This document shows positions 31,619 to 41,854 of a DNA stretch of 64,000 bases, piece after piece; positions within the stretch are counted from its first letter, which is position 1, and every line of letters starts with the position of its first letter. The stretch lies in assembly GCA_038204425.1 (NCBI GenBank), contig JBBRCZ010000002.1:64001-128000 (forward strand), in the 5' to 3' direction. The translations under genes and the position numbers were made by a program. The notes under the pieces are model-generated. The model was not told the origin of the DNA. It ran no database searches and saw only the letters and a program-made list of their open reading frames with translations. Source of the stretch: Spirochaetia bacterium. GTDB taxonomy: Bacteria > Spirochaetota > Spirochaetia > DSM-27196 > Salinispiraceae.

Positions 31619-32403
31619 ATACGTTGTGCCACCAAGTAAAGAGGGCTGTAGCAGAGCGCGTAACGGTCATGTTGGTCTTTCGGATAAGCCGCACACCATT
31701 TTTTAAGTTCTTGGCGGCCCAAGAGACGGCTTTCAATTGCGTTTACACCACAGGCTTTGCAATGCACTAAAACCTCACGAGCTGAGTCAAAGTAAAGAGT
31801 TATTGAGTCTTTTTTATGCGCGAGCAGTCTAAATCCAGCTTGCTCGAGCCACAAGCGATGCTGTTCTAAATCATAGTAGCACAGACTCGGCCCGCCAGCT
31901 ATTCGTACTTGCTCAAAGTTGCCTGGCAAAAAAGTTGAGAATGCAACTAGCCCATTCTTGGAGAAGAGCGGCATTAAAACGCCAAAAAGCCTTGGTAGAT
32001 CTTCAACCCACTGTAGTGCCGCGTTGGCTGTTATCAAGTCCAGGCCCTCTGGCACGGGGTTTGCTTGCCCTCGCAATGTCTGATAGCTTTCGAAATTGCT
32101 AGCGTCGCCTTCTAAAAACTGGCTTATATAGGCTAGTGAATACAGATTTGGTGGAATCAACAAATCGTTTACGGCCAAAAATGCCGGTTGCAAGGCTTGC
32201 TGGACAAGTTGCGTATAAAAACCAGTACCGCAGCCAAGCTCTAAGACCTTGAGCCCATGGGTTTTTAGGGCCAAGCTTGCCATACTTGTCAAAAGTAAGT
32301 CCAACAAGTTTTGTGCCATAGTTTTTTGCACGCTGGCATGCTCGTCATAACTTTGCCAGCTCTTGCCAAAGCGTTGTTTTAATAGTTGTGTGTCAATTGG
32401 CAA
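31615..32403 (-). CDS. bioC: Malonyl-ACP O-methyltransferase
   Basis: SYDEHASVQ, LELGCGTG, NAALQW; GGAGG before TTG at 32403; inside the bio operon. Confidence 0.9.
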   Translation of the reverse strand: MPIDTQLLKQRFGKSWQSYDEHASVQKTMAQNLLDLLLTSMASLALKTHGLKVLELGCGTGFYTQLVQQALQPAFLAVNDLLIPPNLYSLAYISQFLEGDASNFESYQTLRGQANPVPEGLDLITANAALQWVEDLPRLFGVLMPLFSKNGLVAFSTFLPGNFEQVRIAGGPSLCYYDLEQHRLWLEQAGFRLLAHKKDSITLYFDSAREVLVHCKACGVNAIESRLLGRQELKKWCAAYPKDQHDRYALCYSPLYLVAQRI

Positions 32404-33076
32404 CGATGTCCCTCCAACAAGAAAGTACATCAAACAGATAGTGAGCACCCTCCACCTCTTGGATGGTTGTTAACCCCTGCCAGGCCAGTTTCTGGTTGCT
32501 TGGTCGCACAATCTGGTCGCGTGTAGCAACAATGGCCTTGTCAAATAAGCCCCGTCCACGTTCTGGTGACACGTAATCGGCGCTGGATTGGTGTTTAAGA
32601 ATTTGCTCTTGCAAATAGCAAAGCTCTTGGTGCTGCTCAATGCGCACTCGTTGTGGAAAAAGCCAAGGCCGTTCTGCAAATACATTTTGATAGAAGCCCG
32701 CTTGACCTGCGCCGCTTGGATCTGCAAAAGCTGCTACCGTGGCCGCAAAAATGGGCAAGGCAATACCTCTTTGTCTGTCGATTGGAAACAATGTACCATT
32801 GATGGCGACTCGCATGCCGCGTTTGGCCACAAAATGGTGCGCAAGTAGACTATAGACCCAGACACCAAGTGACCAGGCCAGAACATCAATGCTAGGATAG
32901 CTGTTTATTTGCTCTAGCGTTTCTTGATCTAACTGCAATGATCGGTAGTCCTGCAGGATAACTAGGTCGTGCTCAGGTGCGCTTAGGCCCGAGAGCGACA
33001 CCTGATCCATGCCAAAACCGTTAAACACCACAAGTAGTGATCTTGCTCTACCTTTTGCAATCCAAACTGCCTTCAT
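32393..33076 (-). CDS. bioG: Pimeloyl-ACP methyl ester esterase, BioG/DUF452-type
   Basis: FNGFGMD, DYR, AWSLG nucleophile, AINGT, GI...F; lies between bioF and bioC. Confidence 0.8.
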   Translation of the reverse strand: MKAVWIAKGRARSLLVVFNGFGMDQVSLSGLSAPEHDLVILQDYRSLQLDQETLEQINSYPSIDVLAWSLGVWVYSLLAHHFVAKRGMRVAINGTLFPIDRQRGIALPIFAATVAAFADPSGAGQAGFYQNVFAERPWLFPQRVRIEQHQELCYLQEQILKHQSSADYVSPERGRGLFDKAIVATRDQIVRPSNQKLAWQGLTTIQEVEGAHYLFDVLSCWRDIVAN

Positions 33077-34242
33077 CGTGCCAACCAATCCTTGGCCCAG
33101 CCGCACAATAGAGCAAGATCCGCGTCAGTCATGTCTGCCCGCAAAGAAAAGCGCAATCGACAAGTCCCCTCAAGAACCGTTGGTGGACGTACCGGCAAAG
33201 CCAGCATGCCAGCGTTCAGACAGTCCTGCCAGGCGAGTATGACCTGCTGCTCACTGCCGACGATTAAGGGAACAATCGGGCTTTGGCCTTGCTGCCCAAG
33301 GGCGCGTGCAAAACTTTGGGCCAGCTCTCTGACGCGCTGACGCAAGAGGCCAAAACGCCCTCGTTGCGCAAAAATAAAGCTGTTCCAAGCCACAGAAAAA
33401 GGCGGCAGACAAGTGCTGTAAATTAACGGTCTCGATCGATTGATTAGCAGATCTTTGATGCTTTGTTGAGCAATCACAAAAGCACCCATTGAGGCCCAAG
33501 CCTTGCCCCAGGTGCCTATCAGAAGGTCTACCTCTGAGACTAGTCCCAGTTCGCTTGCTAGACCAAGTCCCTCAGGGCCAAGCAATCCACAGGCATGGGC
33601 TTCGTCCAGATAAAGCAAGGCCTGATACTTGTTTTTGAGAGCAATCAAATCTGCTAGAGCGGCACGGTCGCCATCCATGCTAAAGATGCTTTCGGTCAGA
33701 ACAAAAGCGCGCTTAAACTTATGGCGATGTTTGGCTAGCAGTAAGTCAAGGTGGCATAGATCCGCATGATGATAGCGAAAAAATTGTGCGCCGCTCAGTT
33801 TGAGACCGTCAATCATACTAGCATGGATTAGTTTGTCAGCAAAGACAACGTCACCGACAGCACTCAAAGTTGGCAGTATACCAAGGTTGGCATGGTAGCC
33901 AGAATTAAACAGCAGCGCCGGTCGGCCGTAGGCTTGTTCTAGTTGATCTTCTAAGGCCAGCTGAGCTTGATCAGCGCCCGCCATGAGACGGCTGGCGGTA
34001 GAACCGGCCGCAATCTGCTCGATCTTGTCCTGATGTGTTGCCAAAAACTGTCTTTGCAAAGCTTGGTCAGTACCGAGTCCCAAATAGTCGTTGGAGCTGC
34101 AATTGAGGTAGTTCTTACCTTGCCAGCTGAGTTGACTGCCAGTACGCAGTCCAAAGTCTCGCAGTTGACGCTGTTTGCCTTGCTTTGCCAAATCGGCAAC
34201 TTGCATTTGGAATTCGTCCAAGGTTTCCTTAATGGTAATCAT
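33073..34242 (-). CDS. bioF: 8-amino-7-oxononanoate synthase
   Basis: SSNDYLGL, SGYHAN, HASMIDG, ESIFSMDGD, DEAH, GTWGKA, RPPTV. Confidence 0.95.
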   Translation of the reverse strand: MITIKETLDEFQMQVADLAKQGKQRQLRDFGLRTGSQLSWQGKNYLNCSSNDYLGLGTDQALQRQFLATHQDKIEQIAAGSTASRLMAGADQAQLALEDQLEQAYGRPALLFNSGYHANLGILPTLSAVGDVVFADKLIHASMIDGLKLSGAQFFRYHHADLCHLDLLLAKHRHKFKRAFVLTESIFSMDGDRAALADLIALKNKYQALLYLDEAHACGLLGPEGLGLASELGLVSEVDLLIGTWGKAWASMGAFVIAQQSIKDLLINRSRPLIYSTCLPPFSVAWNSFIFAQRGRFGLLRQRVRELAQSFARALGQQGQSPIVPLIVGSEQQVILAWQDCLNAGMLALPVRPPTVLEGTCRLRFSLRADMTDADLALLCGWAKDWLAR

Positions 34243-35606
34243 GCGTACTCGGCGACGGTGTGTCGAATTACATCAAGACTTCGCTTCATAATTTCTTTGA
34301 TTTGTTTTTTGTTGACCGAAAGCGGCAAAAACCAATAGATGCTGTCTCCCAACGGTCGCAAAACCAGGCCGTGTTTAAGTGACTTTCTATAAATTTTTTG
34401 GCCAATATGCACATCAGGCGCAAAACTCTGATTGCGCGACTTGGACTTTACAATATCTACAGCACCAATTAGACCAAGGTGGCGCACATCACCAATATGA
34501 TCTTCCTCGTAAGAGTGGGTAAGCAACTGGGCAAAGATCTTGGCAGGTTCAATCATTTGCTCCAGTGTATGTTCTTTGTCAAAGAGTTTTAGACTGGCAA
34601 GCGCCACGGCACACGAAATTGGATTGGCAGTGTAGCTGTGACCATGAAAAAATGTCTTGGTTGCTGCATCGCCCTCAAAGGCCTGAGCAACGCTTTTGCT
34701 GGTGATGGTTAGTGCCAGCGGCAGCAGGCCACCAGTTATGCCTTTAGAAACACACAAAAAATCTGGAGTCACGCCGCATTGGTTTAAAGCAAACATAGAA
34801 CCAGTGCGACCAAAGCCAGTGGCAACTTCATCAAAGATTACAAATACCTGGTGGGAGCGAGCTAACTGGGCCAGTTCTTGCAACCATGCAGCACAGTAGA
34901 CCTGCATGCCGCCAACACATTGAATCAAGGGTTCGACGATGACCGCACATAGGCTTGAGCCATGGATGAAAAAAAACTGTCTTAGTTTTTCTATTGATTC
35001 AGCGCTCGCGGGGGAGTTAACAACGTTGCCGGTGCTGCCATCAGGCTGACTTGGTGGAGTGGGGAAGTCCATTCTCTGAGCTGAGAATCGCAAAGCGTCG
35101 TAGACCTTATGAAATTGGTCTATGCCGCCAACGCTCATGGCACCCAACGTGTCTCCGTGGTAAGCATTGGTCAAGTAGGCAAAGCCGTGGCGGCCTTCTA
35201 TAGCTTGATTGGTAAAAAATTGAAAAGCCATCTTTAGCGCTACTTCAATTGCAGTCGATCCGTTGTCAGAAAAAAAGAACTTTTGGAGCTGGGGGGGGAG
35301 TTTTTGCATCAGCGCGTCAACAAGCTCGCAAGCTGGTCTATGGGTAAATCCAGAAAAATTGACATGATCTAGGCGGCGAGCTTGGCGCGACACAGCCCGA
35401 GTCAAAGTGGGATGGCCATGTCCGTGGACGTTGGTCCACCAGGAAGCAATAGTGTCGTAGTAGCGCTTGCCGCGCTTGTCGTAGAGAAAGATGCCACGTG
35501 CGCGTTCGATCACTAAGGGTTCTAAGTTTTCAAAGTCTTTATGTTGGGTAAAGGGATGCCAAATATGATTGCTGTCAATTGCTTGGATTTTTTTTGTGGT
35601 CATCAA
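34239..35606 (-). CDS. bioA: Adenosylmethionine--8-amino-7-oxononanoate transaminase
   Basis: IWHPFTQ, SWWTNVHGH, YHGDT, DEVATGFGRTG, SKGITGG, FFHGHSY. Confidence 0.96.
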   Translation of the reverse strand: MMTTKKIQAIDSNHIWHPFTQHKDFENLEPLVIERARGIFLYDKRGKRYYDTIASWWTNVHGHGHPTLTRAVSRQARRLDHVNFSGFTHRPACELVDALMQKLPPQLQKFFFSDNGSTAIEVALKMAFQFFTNQAIEGRHGFAYLTNAYHGDTLGAMSVGGIDQFHKVYDALRFSAQRMDFPTPPSQPDGSTGNVVNSPASAESIEKLRQFFFIHGSSLCAVIVEPLIQCVGGMQVYCAAWLQELAQLARSHQVFVIFDEVATGFGRTGSMFALNQCGVTPDFLCVSKGITGGLLPLALTITSKSVAQAFEGDAATKTFFHGHSYTANPISCAVALASLKLFDKEHTLEQMIEPAKIFAQLLTHSYEEDHIGDVRHLGLIGAVDIVKSKSRNQSFAPDVHIGQKIYRKSLKHGLVLRPLGDSIYWFLPLSVNKKQIKEIMKRSLDVIRHTVAEYA

Positions 35607-35612
35607 GCAGCG

Positions 35613-35641
35613 ATGCTATAGTCCAATTTAGTATTTGTCAA
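35613..35641 (-). promoter_or_regulatory. Sigma70 promoter of the bio operon
   Basis: Minus-strand TTGACA-N17-TAGCAT, 6 nt before the TTG/ATG start of bioA. Confidence 0.6.
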
Positions 35642-35792
35642 CAATCTGCTGGCTTGATTGGTTTGGCTTGAAAAATACTTGAAACAAAAATTGCCGCACA
35701 ACGACTAAAAATGCCCAAAAAAAAGACCCTTCCAAAATTAATTGAAAGGATCTATTTCTAAAAAGATAGAGACCGATGAGGGTCTTTATATT

Positions 35793-36086
35793 CTAGTAGC
35801 GACCACCACCGCCGCCGCCACCGCCACGGTTAAAACCACCACGGTCACTGCGCTCTGCACGAGGACGTGCTTCGTTAACAGTTAATGGACGACCATCAAC
35901 GTTCTTGCCATTGTTTTCATCAATAGCTGCCTGAAGGTTTTCTTCAGGAATCTCAACAAAGGCAAAACCCTTGTCACCGATAACGCGAACTTCGCCGATT
36001 GGGCCGTGTGCTGCAAAAAGTGACCTGATGGTACTTTCGGTTGTGCTATAGGCCATGTTGCCTACGTACATTGATTTATTTGCCAT
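35793..36086 (-). CDS. RRM (RNP-1) RNA-binding protein with Gly-rich tail
   Basis: MYVGNM (RNP2), KGFAFVE (RNP1), VNEARPR, poly-Gly tail. Confidence 0.95.
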   Translation of the reverse strand: MANKSMYVGNMAYSTTESTIRSLFAAHGPIGEVRVIGDKGFAFVEIPEENLQAAIDENNGKNVDGRPLTVNEARPRAERSDRGGFNRGGGGGGGGRY

Positions 36087-36415
36087 GATATATGACTTCC
36101 TTCCGGGACGAGCCCGACTACACTAACAACAGGACCAACATAGCTGCTGGCCTGCGGGGTTCGGTCAATCACTGTAGGAAGTTTTTTCTACGGGACGTAC
36201 GATAACACCGGTACTGAAGCTTGGTAGTACCTGCCACTGTTTAATTTTTGGTTTAGCAGGTGCTTCGAACATACTGCATTGCGTAGACTATGCCTACCGA
36301 TATTTGAAAAATAAACCTGAAAGTGAAGAAAAGTTAGAAAAAGCCCACCAAGTTTGCCATTTTTTGACAAATTGGGGCCCTTTTCGCGTAAAGCACAAGC
36401 TGATAGACTGCCGAC

Positions 36416-36982
36416 ATGGTCAAATTTCTTACGAGCGCTACCCGTCCCGAGCACTATCCAGCCACGGGTTTGCCTGAGATTGCTTTTTATGGCAAGTCAA
36501 ATACGGGCAAATCAACCCTCATTAATCAAGTTGTTAGGCGTAAGGATTTAGTTAAAACTGGTTCACGACCGGGCATGACCCAATTGATCAACTTCTTTCA
36601 AGTGGAAGAAGACTATGTCTTGGCCGACTTGCCAGGCTACGGATATGCCAAGGTACCAGAAGCAATACGCAAGGGTTTTAAACCCATGATAGATGAGTAC
36701 TTTTTGACTCGAGAGACATTAAAGCTCGTTTTGCTTTTGCTCGATGTTCGGCGAACTCCGGGTGACAGTGAGCGTGAGATTGTTGCTATGCTTGCAAGTA
36801 GGCATATAAAAACAGCCCTAGTTATTACCAAAGCCGACAAAGTCTCAGGCAACGAACTTGTCAAACAAGTCAAATTGATTGCTGCTGCCTTTGGCTTGCC
36901 AGCGGGTGACTTCGTTGTGACCTCTTCTTTGGCCAAAAAAGGAATTTCTGAGCTTCACACATTAATCCGCAGTTCTATTTGA
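36416..36982 (+). CDS. engB: Ribosome biogenesis GTPase YihA/YsxC
   Basis: GKSNTGKS, PGMT, DLPGYGYA, TKADK. Confidence 0.95.
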   Translation: MVKFLTSATRPEHYPATGLPEIAFYGKSNTGKSTLINQVVRRKDLVKTGSRPGMTQLINFFQVEEDYVLADLPGYGYAKVPEAIRKGFKPMIDEYFLTRETLKLVLLLLDVRRTPGDSEREIVAMLASRHIKTALVITKADKVSGNELVKQVKLIAAAFGLPAGDFVVTSSLAKKGISELHTLIRSSI

Positions 36983-37006
36983 GCTGCGTACTATAAATCC
37001 TCTCAG

Positions 37007-37801
37007 TTAATCCGCTCTATCCATCAGGTCTATTGTGCGCATGTCGGCCTGACTGAGGTCAAAGTCAAAAATATCAAAGTTGTGCTCCAAGTGTGTCAGA
37101 TCGCTCGCTTTGGGGATGCTCACCAGGCCGCGCTGTATTTGCCAGCGAAGCACAACTTGTGAGGCAAGTTTTTGGTGCTTGTTGGCCACGCTTACGATAG
37201 CTGCTTCGTACAAACATTGGCCTCTTGCCAGCGGCGACCACGCACAAACTTTAATTTGATGGTCTTGACAAAATTTTAGCAACGCTGGTCGCTGCAGATA
37301 GGGGTTAAATTCTATCTGATTTATAAGTGGCATATGCTTGGCACTTGTCATAACTTGTTTAAGATCGTCTTGAGCAAAGTTAGAAACACCAATGCTCTTA
37401 AGTTGACCTGCCTCGTAAGCTTCTTCCAAAGCTCGCCAAGACTGGGTAAAAAGGCCACGTATCGGCCAGTGAATTAGATAAAGGTCTATAGCACCGAGTC
37501 CAAGTGCAGCTTGGCTTTTTTGAATGGCTAGCTTAGCTTGAGGGTAACCTTGCTCGCTATTCCATAGTTTGCTGACTACGAAGATCTCTTGGCGTTTGAC
37601 CAGACCTTGCGCAATTGCCTTGCGGATAGCTGCCCCCAAAATTGCTTCGTTTTGATAGAAGGCTGCCGTGTCAAAGTGTCGATAGCCAAGGGTTATGGCT
37701 CGCAAGACTACCGTCTCCATCTGCTCCGCATTGGTGATCTTATAAGTGCCAAGTCCCAGTTGTGGGATCTTGCTGCCGTTGCCGAGCTCGAGATGCTCCA
37801 T
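37007..37801 (-). CDS. Aldo/keto reductase
   Basis: LGLGTY, GYRHFDTAAFYQNE, DLYLIHWP, IGVSNF, IPK. Confidence 0.95.
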   Translation of the reverse strand: MEHLELGNGSKIPQLGLGTYKITNAEQMETVVLRAITLGYRHFDTAAFYQNEAILGAAIRKAIAQGLVKRQEIFVVSKLWNSEQGYPQAKLAIQKSQAALGLGAIDLYLIHWPIRGLFTQSWRALEEAYEAGQLKSIGVSNFAQDDLKQVMTSAKHMPLINQIEFNPYLQRPALLKFCQDHQIKVCAWSPLARGQCLYEAAIVSVANKHQKLASQVVLRWQIQRGLVSIPKASDLTHLEHNFDIFDFDLSQADMRTIDLMDRAD

Positions 37802-37802
37802 A

Positions 37803-38696
37803 CTATAAATACAGGCTTGAGACTCGGTGGCCGGGGCTGTGTTCTCGCAAGGCGGGATAGTCATCAGCTTGCTTAAGCTGGCTGCTTTGCCAATCGGGGC
37901 CAACTTTTGAGGCTTCGCTGAGCTTAGGAACACTGGCAAACAAATACTGAGTGTAGGGGTGCTGGGGATGCTTCCAGAGCTGCTCGGCGGGGGCTTCTTC
38001 CATCAAAAGACCTGCGTACATGACACCAACCCTGTCACACAGATAGTTGACTACGGCTAGGTCATGAGCAATAAAAATTATAGTCAGCTGCAACTCTTTG
38101 CGCAGCCGCATCAACAAGCTAAGGATTTGGCCTTGAATGCTGACGTCCAAGGCGCTTACAACTTCATCGCAGATCAAAATATCAGGACGGCTCATTATTG
38201 CCCGCGCAATGCTTATGCGCTGACGCTGCCCACCCGAAAAATCCCCGGGCCGTCGAGACAAGTCTTGGGCCCTGAGTCCAACCGCAGATAGCGCTTCCAG
38301 AGCTTGCTCTTTGAGTTCCTTTTTGGATTTGGCATCAGGTTCATAACGGGGACCACTAGTTAGAATGTCCAGAACGCTCATACGCGCATTGAGTGAACGC
38401 GCTGGATCTTGGAAGACATATCTAACCCTGCGGCGCCAGTTTTTAAGTTCTTCACCCTTTAATCGGCATATATCCACTTGGTCAAAAAAAATGCTGCCAG
38501 CGCTCGGTTCGACTAGTCTGACCAACATACGCGCTAAAGTTGTTTTTCCACATCCCGATTCGCCTACCAAGCCGTAGATTTCGCCTTTGTTAACGGTAAG
38601 GTCTATGCCACGCACTGCTTGTACCCATTCGCCAGCCCGTGCAAAAAATCCCGCTTGTAGCGGATACTGCTTCTTCAAGCCCTGCAGTTTAAGCAT
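37803..38696 (-). CDS. oppF: Oligopeptide-type ABC transporter ATPase
   Basis: GESGCGKT, SGGQRQR, DEVVSALDVSIQ, PQHPYT. Confidence 0.9.
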   Translation of the reverse strand: MLKLQGLKKQYPLQAGFFARAGEWVQAVRGIDLTVNKGEIYGLVGESGCGKTTLARMLVRLVEPSAGSIFFDQVDICRLKGEELKNWRRRVRYVFQDPARSLNARMSVLDILTSGPRYEPDAKSKKELKEQALEALSAVGLRAQDLSRRPGDFSGGQRQRISIARAIMSRPDILICDEVVSALDVSIQGQILSLLMRLRKELQLTIIFIAHDLAVVNYLCDRVGVMYAGLLMEEAPAEQLWKHPQHPYTQYLFASVPKLSEASKVGPDWQSSQLKQADDYPALREHSPGHRVSSLYL

Positions 38697-39684
38697 TTTT
38701 AACTCCCCTATCTGACAGACCAAGATCGTTTGAAACAATAGGACAGCGCAGGCCATCGATCATCGCAGGTAGTTTTTGTGTGCAGCTTTCTTGGGCCAGC
38801 TCACAACGCGGCGCAAACGGGCAGCCCGGTTCTGGTCGCAGCGGATCCGGCGTGCGTCCGCTGACTTCGCGCAAAACCTTGTTGCTGGGACGATCACCCG
38901 GCTGGATAAGTGAGTTGAGTAAAAACCTACTATAGGGATGTTGAGGCGTATAAAGCAACTTTTGGGCCGGGGCGGATTCCATGCTAAGGGCAGAGTACAT
39001 AACCGTTATCTTATCGGCAAAGCCAGAAAGTAGCGCCAAATTGTGAGTGATAAAAAGCACCGACAATGAGCGGCTTTTGCGAAGGCTCTGAATCAGCTCA
39101 ACGATTTGAGCTTGGATAGTGACGTCCAAGGCAGTTGTGGGTTCGTCAGCAATAAGCAGACGAGGCTGATTAGCTAAAGCAAGAGCTATCATGATGCGCT
39201 GCAGCATACCGCCGGAAAACTGGTGAGGGTAGTTTTTGATACGACTAGCAGCCTGAGAAATAGCGACTTCGTCCATCAAAGCCAAGCTTTTGCTGCGAAC
39301 CTCTGCGTCAGTCATATGCTTGTCATGGGCGCGAAAAGTCTCCGCAAATGTCTTTTCTATAGTATAGAGTTGGTCAAAGCTGCGTCCGGGTTCTTGAAAA
39401 ATCATAGCTATTTCTTTGCCGCGCAAAGAGCGCATAGCTTCTTGGCCTAGACTGGCAAGATCCTTACCATCATAGACGATAGAACCACTGGCAATCCGTC
39501 CGTTGCTCGGCAATAGACCCATTATAGCCAGACTGGTCACGCTTTTTCCTGAGCCGCTTTCGCCGACTATGCCCAAGCATTCACCCTCTTGCATGGTCAA
39601 GTCAAGATTGCGCACCGCCTTGAGCGTCCCTTGGGAGGTGCTAAAGTCAACACTCAGGTCTTTGATTTCTAGTAGCAAGCTCAT
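38689..39684 (-). CDS. oppD: Oligopeptide-type ABC transporter ATPase
   Basis: GESGSGKS, YPHQFSGGM, DEPTTALDVTIQ, GCPFAPRC. Confidence 0.92.
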   Translation of the reverse strand: MSLLLEIKDLSVDFSTSQGTLKAVRNLDLTMQEGECLGIVGESGSGKSVTSLAIMGLLPSNGRIASGSIVYDGKDLASLGQEAMRSLRGKEIAMIFQEPGRSFDQLYTIEKTFAETFRAHDKHMTDAEVRSKSLALMDEVAISQAASRIKNYPHQFSGGMLQRIMIALALANQPRLLIADEPTTALDVTIQAQIVELIQSLRKSRSLSVLFITHNLALLSGFADKITVMYSALSMESAPAQKLLYTPQHPYSRFLLNSLIQPGDRPSNKVLREVSGRTPDPLRPEPGCPFAPRCELAQESCTQKLPAMIDGLRCPIVSNDLGLSDRGVKNA

Positions 39685-40751
39685 GCGTCTCGCCTCCCAA
39701 TGGCATGAAAAGGATCAAGATAATCGCGCATCCATTCGCCCAAAAAGGTAAAGCTGATGCTGACCAAAATCAAAACCACGCCCGGCCAAATGAGCCATGG
39801 AAAGCTGAGTAGGTTGGCCAAGGTGGTAAAGTCTCGGCTAATCATACTGCCCCAGCTAACTGCAGGGTCGGTTATACCCAATCCGAGGTAGGACAAGACC
39901 GTTTCACCCAGGATAAAGCCCGGGATAGAAAGGGCAAAGCTAACAATCAAAAGACTGCTCATTTGCGGCAAAATATGGCGCCAGAGAATAATGCGCGCCG
40001 GCACTCCCGACAGACGAGCTTCTTCGACAAACTCTTCATTTTTATAGGCATGCACCATACCGCGGATCATGCGGGCCGTGCCTGGCCAACCGACAAGACT
40101 CAGAACCACGGTTATTAAGGCGTAGCTTTGCCCAGGATCCAAGTCGCGGCTAATAATTGAGCGCAAAAATAATATCAAGTACAGCCCAGGAATCAGGATT
40201 ATAAACTCGCTAAAACGCATCATTCCAGCATCAAAAAGGCCACCACGGTAGCCTGCTAAGCCACCCAAAGTTATGGCGATAAACAAGGCAAAAAAGCTGG
40301 CAAAAAAACCAACAGTTAAACTTATCCTCGAGCCAAAAAGTAGTCGCGAAAATATGTCCCGCCCCATACCATCGGCACCCATCAAATAAACAGGCTCAGC
40401 TGAGCTCGAACCAAACAACTTTACAGTTAAAGGGATTATTCCCCATAGTTTGTACTCGTTTACTTTTGGCAACAAAACAACGCGGCTGTGTTGGCCCTTA
40501 ACGCGCACATACCTAAAGCTGACTTTGTCTACCAAACCTTGCCCTTGTACCTGCGGTCCAAAGCCAAGTTTCTCTGAATGCCAACTGAGATTGGGTGGCA
40601 AAAAAGAGCGTTTGGCATCCATACGATCGGGAGCATAAGGTGCGATAAAGTCGGCAAAAATCATTAAAAAGTACAATAGAGCCAGTAGAAAAAATCCAGC
40701 GCACGCCAGCTTTCGTTGCCTAAGGTTGGAGAACCAAGATGAATGCTTCAT
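39681..40751 (-). CDS. oppC: Oligopeptide-type ABC transporter permease
   Basis: GADGMGRDIFSRL, EFVEEAR, LSYLGLG, SWG. Confidence 0.9.
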   Translation of the reverse strand: MKHSSWFSNLRQRKLACAGFFLLALLYFLMIFADFIAPYAPDRMDAKRSFLPPNLSWHSEKLGFGPQVQGQGLVDKVSFRYVRVKGQHSRVVLLPKVNEYKLWGIIPLTVKLFGSSSAEPVYLMGADGMGRDIFSRLLFGSRISLTVGFFASFFALFIAITLGGLAGYRGGLFDAGMMRFSEFIILIPGLYLILFLRSIISRDLDPGQSYALITVVLSLVGWPGTARMIRGMVHAYKNEEFVEEARLSGVPARIILWRHILPQMSSLLIVSFALSIPGFILGETVLSYLGLGITDPAVSWGSMISRDFTTLANLLSFPWLIWPGVVLILVSISFTFLGEWMRDYLDPFHAIGRRDA

Positions 40752-41854
40752 GCTTTGTTTACCTTGCCAAACTTGATGCGTGGGTCAACAATTGCTAAGA
40801 GAATATCAGAAATTAACATGCCAACCAAAACCAAAAAGCTAGTAAAAAATAAGCTGGAAACTACCAAATTGATGTCTTCCTGTTTGACTGCTTCAAACAT
40901 TAGCCTTCCGATGCCAGGATAACCAAATATGATTTCCAACAGTAAGTTGCCACTAAAAAGTGCAGCCAAAAGATTGGCGCTTGAGGTAATGTAAGGATTC
41001 ATTGTATTGCGAAAAGCGTGCGCCCAGGTGATGCGGTTTTCGCTGATGCCTCTTGAACGCAGTGCCGTAATATAAGGTTGGCCGAGTTGGTCGAGCATAG
41101 TTGCTCTGACCGTACGCATAGTTCCGCCAATGCCACCAATAAAGGCGCCCAGCAGGGGCAAAAAAATGTGATGCAAGTAGCTAAATACAAATGGAATTGG
41201 CGCTTGCGAAAAGGGAAAGTCAGGGTAGGCGGTTACCGGAAAGAGTCGCGTAGATGCTGCAAAGAGCTGCAAAAGAATCATCAAGAGCAGACCGGGGAAA
41301 GCATTTAGAAACATGCCAGTTAAACCGGCCGCCACGTCCAACTTGGTACCGGCCTTGGCCGACAACCAGACTGCCAGAGCAAAGCTTGCAACGGTCAAAA
41401 CCAAGAGCGAAATCAGGTTGAGTACAAAGGAGTTGAGCATGCGATCAAGCAGCAAAAAGCTAACGGGAGCTCGACTAATCAGCGTCTTACCCAAGTCTCC
41501 TTGGAAGACTTTGCCAAGCCAGTTTAAGTACTGCTGCCAAAATGGTTTATCCAGTCCGAGTCGTTCCTTAAAGGCTGCCACCGACGCTTCGGTGTACTGA
41601 TTGTCATCCGAAGAAAAGTCTTGGTTGGTAAACATTTGACTTTTGACGTAATTGTCTACAATGTCCCCTGGTGCCAGACTCATCAAGCCAAATGTGGCCA
41701 GCCCCAAGAAAAAGAGCAGTATGCCTATGCCAAATGTTCTAATGACGATAAAACTCGCCAAAGGAAAGCGCTGTTTTAAACCCAAGAGACTCTTTAATAT
41801 GCCAAGCGATGGCCTATCGTTCTTGCTAGGCGGCTTAGGGTTTGAGGAAGACAT
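40748..41854 (-). CDS. oppB: Oligopeptide-type ABC transporter permease
   Basis: GLDKPFWQQY, GDLG, YITALRSRG, EIIFGYPGIGRL, DPRI. Confidence 0.9.
   Translation of the reverse strand: MSSSNPKPPSKNDRPSLGILKSLLGLKQRFPLASFIVIRTFGIGILLFFLGLATFGLMSLAPGDIVDNYVKSQMFTNQDFSSDDNQYTEASVAAFKERLGLDKPFWQQYLNWLGKVFQGDLGKTLISRAPVSFLLLDRMLNSFVLNLISLLVLTVASFALAVWLSAKAGTKLDVAAGLTGMFLNAFPGLLLMILLQLFAASTRLFPVTAYPDFPFSQAPIPFVFSYLHHIFLPLLGAFIGGIGGTMRTVRATMLDQLGQPYITALRSRGISENRITWAHAFRNTMNPYITSSANLLAALFSGNLLLEIIFGYPGIGRLMFEAVKQEDINLVVSSLFFTSFLVLVGMLISDILLAIVDPRIKFGKVNKA

Noticed and set aside
35630..35670. BirA operator upstream of bioA
   Set aside because: Only a TGTCAAC half-site, which coincides with the -35 box; no matching second half
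36188..36454. 88-aa minus-strand ORF upstream of the RRM gene
   Set aside because: It overlaps the engB start, has no SD or motif, and the region is better explained as promoter plus structured leader
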